Assembly: GCA_963733755.1 (NCBI GenBank) | Contig: CAVTEZ010000008.1 | Coordinates: forward strand, 48,328-112,327 | Length of the DNA stretch: 64,000 bases | DNA from: an uncultured Actinomycetota bacterium | Lineage (GTDB): Bacteria > Actinomycetota > Actinomycetes > Mycobacteriales > Mycobacteriaceae | Reading direction: 5' to 3' | Shown: in pieces, positions 58,235 to 64,000 of the stretch | Layout of the letters: every line of letters begins with the position of its first letter | Numbering within the stretch: position 1 is the first letter of the stretch | Position numbers and translations under genes: made by a program | The notes under the pieces: generated by a model | What the model was told of the DNA's origin: nothing | The model's input: the letters and a program-made list of their open reading frames with translations, nothing else | Database searches by the model: none

Positions 58235-59095
58235 TCAGCCGTCGAGGGCGAGGTCCTTGCGGAACCTCTTCATCCCGTCCACCTTCTCGGCGAGCGTGGC
58301 TTCCGGCCCGGAGTAGAACATCCACGGCATGGTGAGAATCCCGGTGATGCCGGCCTCCTCCGCGCGCTGATAGTCGGCGATCGTGAAAGCATCGGTCAGC
58401 GGCGTCAGAATGGTGAAATCGTCCATCGATAACCCGTTTTCGGCTCGCAGTTGGCGCAACCGGGCCGCCGACGCGATGGCGTGGTCGGTGTTGATCAGGT
58501 CGCCGATCCAGCCGTCATACCGCGCCGCGCGGCGCAACGCGATCTCACTGAGCCCACCGACGTAGATCGGGATGCGCGGCGGCGTCGGCTGCATCTCCAG
58601 CTTCGGGGTCGTGTAGAACTCGCCGTCGAATTCCGTCCAGTCCGGCGACCACAGGGTCCGCATCAGATCGAGCATCTCGTCGGTGCGTCGGCCCCGCGCG
58701 GAGAAGCGTTGTTCCATCAAGTCGAACTCTTCTTCACACCAGCCGACACCGACCCCGAGCTCGACCCGCCCGTCGGCGAGATATGCCGCGGTGCCAATGG
58801 CTTTGGCCGCCGAATAGGGATTGCGCATCGCCGGGATGTAGACCGTGGTGACGAACCGCAGCCGCGTGGTGACCTGCGCGAGCGCGCCGGCCAGCACCCA
58901 CGGGTCGGGCCATTCGGTGAACGCTTCCCAGCGCCGCTGCCCGTCCTTGGTATAGGGGTACGGAGTTTCCAGGGACTCCAGATTGACGATGTGGTCGGGT
59001 ATCCCGATGCCGTCGTAGCCGAGCTCGTCGGCGGCTTTGGCGACCTCGACGATCTCGCGGGTATCGAGAAATGCGCTGCTGACGTAGAACTTCAT
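58235..59095 (-). CDS. LLM-class (probably F420-dependent) oxidoreductase
   Basis: GIPDH, WPDPWV, LGVGVGWCEEEF, PIYVGG and RRAARYDGW. Confidence 0.85.
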   Translation of the reverse strand: MKFYVSSAFLDTREIVEVAKAADELGYDGIGIPDHIVNLESLETPYPYTKDGQRRWEAFTEWPDPWVLAGALAQVTTRLRFVTTVYIPAMRNPYSAAKAIGTAAYLADGRVELGVGVGWCEEEFDLMEQRFSARGRRTDEMLDLMRTLWSPDWTEFDGEFYTTPKLEMQPTPPRIPIYVGGLSEIALRRAARYDGWIGDLINTDHAIASAARLRQLRAENGLSMDDFTILTPLTDAFTIADYQRAEEAGITGILTMPWMFYSGPEATLAEKVDGMKRFRKDLALDG

Positions 59096-59763
59096 TGGGC
59101 GTCCCGCGCCCACGCCGGCTTGATGAAGATCCCCTCCGCTTCGACGGTGATTCCCTCGGCGTCGGAAAGATGGCCGGACACAAAGGATTTCACTCCCTCG
59201 GTGCGCTCCACGGCGGCGTCGGCGCGAAGCCTGCCCAGCGGAGTACCACGGACGAACCGGAGCGTGAGAGTGCCGGTGAACAGCGGTTTGGTCAGGCCGG
59301 CGCTGGCGGCCTCGCCGAGTACGTGGTCGAGCACCAGCGCGCAGACACCACCGTGCACCAGCCCGGGCGGGCCCTCGTAGGCGGAGTTCAGGGTGAACTC
59401 GCTCCAGCAGCGGGTGGCGTCGTCGTGCTGGATGGTCAGCGGCGGGGCGATCGCATTGCGCAGGCCGATTACCGCGTTGCCCCACACCACCGGACGTCCC
59501 CCAACCGCGTAGCGCACCACCTGCGAGGCGTCCCGTTGCCTGCTACGCAGCACACCGGACGCCGTGCGGATCGCCGTCCGAGCGGCATCGATGGAATCTG
59601 GATCCGCGTCGGTAAGCAGCGCCAACTCGATCAGTTCGCGCACGTCGTCGGTCAGCGGACCGTAGAGCGCGGCCAGTCGATCATGTTCGTCGGCGCTCAT
59701 CACCTCGTAGGGGATCTTCGCGTCCAACCCCGCCTCCTGGCGCTTATGGCGGGCCTCCGTCAA
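59092..59763 (-). CDS. PaaI/hotdog-fold thioesterase; start uncertain
   Basis: YEGPPGLVHGGVCALVLDHVLG. Confidence 0.85.
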   Translation of the reverse strand: MTEARHKRQEAGLDAKIPYEVMSADEHDRLAALYGPLTDDVRELIELALLTDADPDSIDAARTAIRTASGVLRSRQRDASQVVRYAVGGRPVVWGNAVIGLRNAIAPPLTIQHDDATRCWSEFTLNSAYEGPPGLVHGGVCALVLDHVLGEAASAGLTKPLFTGTLTLRFVRGTPLGRLRADAAVERTEGVKSFVSGHLSDAEGITVEAEGIFIKPAWARDAQ

Positions 59764-59823
59764 CAGCCGACCGTTGCTTCTTTACTAACACCGAGGTATT
59801 CGGCGTACTGCGGCCGGGCTGGC

Positions 59824-62796
59824 TTATTCGTCAAAAATCTTGTGCACGATGGCTTTTGCGCGCCGAGTCACCCGCAGGTAGTTGTCCAAGAACGCCCCGC
59901 CGTCCCCGTTCTTGGCCCAGCCGGCCGCGACGGCGACGGTGTTGAGCAGGCGTCCGGGCCCCGGCAACTGGTCGGTGGGCTTGCCACGGACCAGCACCAG
60001 CGCGTTGCGGGCCCGGGTCGCGGTCAGCCATGCCTCCCGCAACAGGTCGGCGTCCTCGGTGGTGATCAGGGCGGCTTCGGCGGCGGCGTCCAGGCTCTCC
60101 AGCGTCGAGGTGTTGTGCAGCGCCGCGATTTCACTGGCGTAGCGCAGTTGCAGCAGCTGTACGGTCCACTCGATGTCGGCCAGTCCCCCGCGCCCCAGCT
60201 TGGTATGCGTTTTCGGGTCGGCGCCGCGCGGCAGCCGCTCGGCGTCGATGCGTGCCTTCATCCGCCGGATCTCGAGGACCGCTTGAGGCGACACCCCGCC
60301 GGAGGGGTAGCGGATCTTGTCGGCCATGTGCAGGAACCGACGACCCAGGTCGGCGTCTCCGGCCACTGCATCGGCCCGCAGCAGCGCCTGGATCTCCCAC
60401 GACTGCGCCCACTGCGCGTAGTACGCCTCGTAGGACGCGAGCGTGCGGACCAGCGGGCCGCTGCGGCCCTCGGGCCGCAGATTGGCGTCGACCTCCAACG
60501 GCGGGTCGGCACTGGGTGTTCCCAGCAGCGCGCGGATCTGCTCGGCCACCGTGATCGCCCAGCGCACCGCGTCGGAATCCTGCACGCCCTCGGCCGGCTC
60601 GCAGACGAACAGGACGTCGGCGTCGGACCCGTAGCCCAGCTCGTGGCCCCCGAGCCGGCCCATTCCGATCACCGCGATGGTGGCCGGGGCGTTCCCGCTC
60701 TTTGGAAGATTGGCGCGGATCACCGCGTCCAGGGCGGCCTGCAGGACCGCGACCCACACTGCGGTAAGCGCGGCGCACACGTCGGTGACGTCGAGCATGC
60801 CCAGCAGATCGGCCGAGGCAACGCGGGCCAGCTCACGGCGGCGCAGCGAGCGCGCGATCGCAATGGCGCGAACCGGATCGCTTTGTCGGCCCGCCGAGGC
60901 CACCAGCGCACCGGCCACCGATTCGCTGTCAACCTCGAGCAGCTTGGGGCCTGACGCCCCGTCGCTGTAGTTCTGGACGACCTCGGGCGCGCGCATCAAA
61001 AGTTCGGGCACATACGCCGACGTTCCGAGCACATGCATCAATCGCTTGGCGACCGCCGGCTTGTCGCGCAGCGTGGACAGATACCAACGTTGGGAGACCA
61101 TCACCTCGCTGATCCGGCGGTAGGCCAGCAGCCCGGCATCCGGATCGGGGGTATCGGAGAGCCAGTCCAGCAGTCTGGGCAGCAGCACCGCCTGCACCCG
61201 GCCCCGGCGACCGCTCTGGTTGATCAACGACGACAGATGGGTCAGCGCGCTTTGCGGAGCCTCGTAGCCGAGTGCGGCCAGCTGACGTTCGGCTGCTGCC
61301 GGCGTCATCCCCTGGGAGAACTCCAGACCTTCTGGCGCAAGCGATTCCAGCAGCGGTTGGTAAAACAACTTCGCGTGCAGCCGCGACACCCGCATGTGGT
61401 GGCGTTTCAGTTCCTCCCGCAGCACGCCCAGCCTGTCGCGACTGCCGTCGGGTCGCACATGAGCCGCCCGCGCCAGCCAGCGCAGCGCCTCGTCGTCCTC
61501 CGGCGCCGGCAGCATGTGCGTGCGCTTGAGGCGCTGCAATTGCAGCCGATGCTCCAGCAGGCGCAGAAACTCATAGGACGCAGTCAGATTCGCGGTGTCG
61601 TCGCGGCCGACATAGCCGCCGGCGCCCAGAGCAGCCAGCGCGTCGACCGTCGAAGCCACATGCAGCGACTCGTCGGTGCGACCGTGCACCAGCTGCAAGA
61701 GCTGCACCGCGAATTCGACATCGCGCAGCCCCCCGCTGCCGAGCTTGAGCTCGCGGCTGCGGACGTCGGCGGGCACCAGTTGCTCCACTCGTCGCCGCAT
61801 CGCCTGGACCTCGCTGACGAAATCCTCACGCTCGCAGGCGTTCCACACCATCGGCATCAGCGTTTCGATGTACTGCTTACCCAGTTCGGCGTCGCCGGCG
61901 GCGGGCCGGGCTTTCAGCAACGCCTGAAACTCCCAGGTCTTGGCCCACTGCTGGTAATAGGCGGTATGCGAGTCGAGGGTGCGGACCAGCTCGCCGTGCC
62001 GGCCTTCCGGTCGCAGGCCGGCGTCCACCTGGAAGAAGGCGTCCGAGGCCAACCGCATCATCTCGCCGGCAATCCGCGCGGATACCGGATCGGCCGGTTC
62101 GGCGACGAAGATCACGTCGACGTCGCTGACGTAATTCAGTTCGCGCGCACCACACTTGCCCATCGCGATGACGGCCAACCGGGGCGGCGTGGCGTCCCCG
62201 CAGACGGTGACCTGCGCGACGGACAACGCAGCCGCCAATGCGGCGTCGGCCATGTCGGCAAGGTGGGCACCGACGGCCTGGAAAGACAGCACTGGCTCGT
62301 TTTCGACCGTCGGCGCCAGGTCAAGCGCTGCCAGCACCAGCAGTCGGTTGCGGTACAGCGAGCGCAGCCGCCACACCACCGACCCTGCGGCACTTGGCGG
62401 CTCGGCGACGCACTCGGCGAACGCGGCACGCAGCTGTTCGGCGGAGGGCAGCCGCACAGTGCCGCGCAACAGACGCCATTCGTGCGGGTTGGCGACTAGG
62501 TGGTCGCCCAGCGCCAGCGACGATCCGAGCACACCGAACAGCCGGCCGCGGAGGCCGCGGTCGGTGGCCAGTGTCGCGTTGAGCTCATCCCAGTCTTCGC
62601 CGAGCGCCTCGGCCAACCGGACCATCGCGCACAGCGCGGCATCGGCGTCCGGTGCGCGCGACAGCGACCACAGCATGTCGACGCGTTCTTCGGTATTCCA
62701 ACCCAGCTGAGCCAGATTGGCGCTTGCGCGGTCATCGACCAACCCGAGGCGGCCGACGCTGGGCACCTTCGGCCGTTCCGTCACGGGTTGATTCAC
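59824..62796 (-). CDS. glnE: Glutamine synthetase adenylyltransferase/deadenylase
   Basis: Two nucleotidyltransferase domains ([18 protein letters not shown]) and two KLGxGG motifs. Confidence 0.94.
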   Translation of the reverse strand: MNQPVTERPKVPSVGRLGLVDDRASANLAQLGWNTEERVDMLWSLSRAPDADAALCAMVRLAEALGEDWDELNATLATDRGLRGRLFGVLGSSLALGDHLVANPHEWRLLRGTVRLPSAEQLRAAFAECVAEPPSAAGSVVWRLRSLYRNRLLVLAALDLAPTVENEPVLSFQAVGAHLADMADAALAAALSVAQVTVCGDATPPRLAVIAMGKCGARELNYVSDVDVIFVAEPADPVSARIAGEMMRLASDAFFQVDAGLRPEGRHGELVRTLDSHTAYYQQWAKTWEFQALLKARPAAGDAELGKQYIETLMPMVWNACEREDFVSEVQAMRRRVEQLVPADVRSRELKLGSGGLRDVEFAVQLLQLVHGRTDESLHVASTVDALAALGAGGYVGRDDTANLTASYEFLRLLEHRLQLQRLKRTHMLPAPEDDEALRWLARAAHVRPDGSRDRLGVLREELKRHHMRVSRLHAKLFYQPLLESLAPEGLEFSQGMTPAAAERQLAALGYEAPQSALTHLSSLINQSGRRGRVQAVLLPRLLDWLSDTPDPDAGLLAYRRISEVMVSQRWYLSTLRDKPAVAKRLMHVLGTSAYVPELLMRAPEVVQNYSDGASGPKLLEVDSESVAGALVASAGRQSDPVRAIAIARSLRRRELARVASADLLGMLDVTDVCAALTAVWVAVLQAALDAVIRANLPKSGNAPATIAVIGMGRLGGHELGYGSDADVLFVCEPAEGVQDSDAVRWAITVAEQIRALLGTPSADPPLEVDANLRPEGRSGPLVRTLASYEAYYAQWAQSWEIQALLRADAVAGDADLGRRFLHMADKIRYPSGGVSPQAVLEIRRMKARIDAERLPRGADPKTHTKLGRGGLADIEWTVQLLQLRYASEIAALHNTSTLESLDAAAEAALITTEDADLLREAWLTATRARNALVLVRGKPTDQLPGPGRLLNTVAVAAGWAKNGDGGAFLDNYLRVTRRAKAIVHKIFDE

Positions 62797-62850
62797 GCTC
62801 TTGACGGTAGCGCAGATCGACCCGGTGGTTGAGCGGGCCGTCGAGACCGG

Positions 62851-64000
62851 CTACAGCGACAGGTATGTCTTCAGCTCATACGGTGTGACATGGCGACGGT
62901 AGTTCGCCCACTCGGCGCGCTTGTTGCGCAGGAAGAAGTCGAAGACGTGCTCCCCCAGCGCTTCTGCGACGAGCTCGGAACTTTCCATCGCCCGCAACGC
63001 TTCGTCCAGGCTGGAGGGCAACTCGCGATAACCCATCGCGCGCCGTTCTGTCGGGGTGAGATCCCAGACGTTGTCTTCGGCCTGGGGGCCGAGGACATAA
63101 CCCTTTTCCACGCCGCGCAGTCCGGCCGCGAGCAGCACGGCGAAAGCCAGATAGGGGTTGCAGGCGCTGTCTGGGCTGCGCACCTCGATGCGTCGCGACG
63201 AGGTCTTGTGCGGGCTGTACATCGGAATACGGACCAGGGCCGACCGGTTGGCCGCACCCCATGACGCGGCGGTGGGCGCCTCGCCGCCCAGAACCAGCCG
63301 CTTGTAGGAGTTGACCCACTGGTTGGTGACGGCGCTGATCTCACTGGCGTGCTCGAGGATCCCGGCGATGAACGACTTGGCGACATCGGAGAGCTGCAGA
63401 GGATCGTCTGGGCTGTGGAACGCGTTGACCTCGCCCTCGAACAGGCTCATGTGGGTGTGCATCGCCGAGCCGGGGTACTCGCCGAACGGCTTGGGCATGA
63501 ACGTCGCCCGCGATCCCTCGTTCAGCGCCACCTCTTTGATGAGGTAACGGAATGTCATCACGTTGTCGGCCATCGACAGCGCGTCCGCGAAGCGAAGGTC
63601 GATCTCCTGCTGACCGGGCGCTCCTTCGTGGTGGCTGAATTCCACGGAGATGCCCATGGATTCCAGCGAGTCGATCGCATGCCGGCGAAAGTTGGAGGCG
63701 CTGTGCACGGCCTGGTCGAAGTAGCCGGCGTTGTCGGCCGGAATCGGCGCAGATCCGTCTTCGGGACCGGGTTCCAGCAGGAAGAATTCGATCTCGGGAT
63801 GCACGTAGCACGAGAAGCCCAGATCGTTGGCTTTGCCTAGCTGACGGCGCAGGACGTGGCGCGGGTCGGCCCACGACGGCGAGCCGTCCGGCATCGTGAT
63901 GTCGCAAAACATCCGTGCCGAGTGGTGATGGCCGCTACGAGTGGTCCAGGGCAGCACCTGAAAGGTCGACGGGTCGGGATGAGCGACGGTGTCGGATTCC
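62851..64000 (-). CDS. glnA2: Glutamine synthetase-family protein GlnA2 (5' end beyond the window)
   Basis: HHEGAPGQQEID, GSAMHTH, RIEVRSPD and YELKTYLSL. Confidence 0.9.
   Translation of the reverse strand, partial: ESDTVAHPDPSTFQVLPWTTRSGHHHSARMFCDITMPDGSPSWADPRHVLRRQLGKANDLGFSCYVHPEIEFFLLEPGPEDGSAPIPADNAGYFDQAVHSASNFRRHAIDSLESMGISVEFSHHEGAPGQQEIDLRFADALSMADNVMTFRYLIKEVALNEGSRATFMPKPFGEYPGSAMHTHMSLFEGEVNAFHSPDDPLQLSDVAKSFIAGILEHASEISAVTNQWVNSYKRLVLGGEAPTAASWGAANRSALVRIPMYSPHKTSSRRIEVRSPDSACNPYLAFAVLLAAGLRGVEKGYVLGPQAEDNVWDLTPTERRAMGYRELPSSLDEALRAMESSELVAEALGEHVFDFFLRNKRAEWANYRRHVTPYELKTYLSL

Noticed and set aside
44571-59823. Whole insert as a prophage or ICE
   Set aside because: No integrase, structural, replication or conjugation genes, and no att-like direct repeats found.

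Overview
High-GC Mycobacterium chromosomal window. Recognisable protein motifs and gene order match the M. tuberculosis Rv2183c-Rv2222c block: arsA-like ATPase, fadD15, pimB', ripC, Rv2191-like nuclease, trpD, ctaE-qcrCAB, ctaF/ctaC, asnB, adoK, cobU/T/S, ilvE, gcvT, pepA, dlaT, lipBA, glnA1, glnE and partial glnA2. Orthology calls come from remembered sequences and synteny, not from a search. Accessory material falls in three places. (1) 4426-6954: an IS481 element with an IS110 element inserted into the right-hand copy of its GCTAGC target duplication, at the CTAG shared by the fadD15 and pimB' stop codons. The IS110 left end contains four short segments that match the actual target site and the predicted circle junction in bridge-RNA order, and the junction rebuilds a TTGACA-17-TCTAAT promoter. 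This is the strongest find. (2) 33191-36908: an orphan multi-TM gene and an HTH + multi-TM gene pair. (3) About 15 kb between glnA1 and glnE: a resolvase remnant, two divergent, heavily frameshifted adenylate-cyclase/STAND regulators, a secreted protein with a 21-bp VNTR, orphans, and a MarR/ALDH/DoxX/epoxide hydrolase/LLM/PaaI set. Smaller items are back-to-back PafBC-type (RecA-NDp) promoters, a probable CTG start for the ArsA ATPase, and MIRU mini-ORFs. Single-base indels, including one in the normally essential pimB', mean that some frameshifts may be assembly errors. No rRNA, tRNA or CRISPR array was seen.
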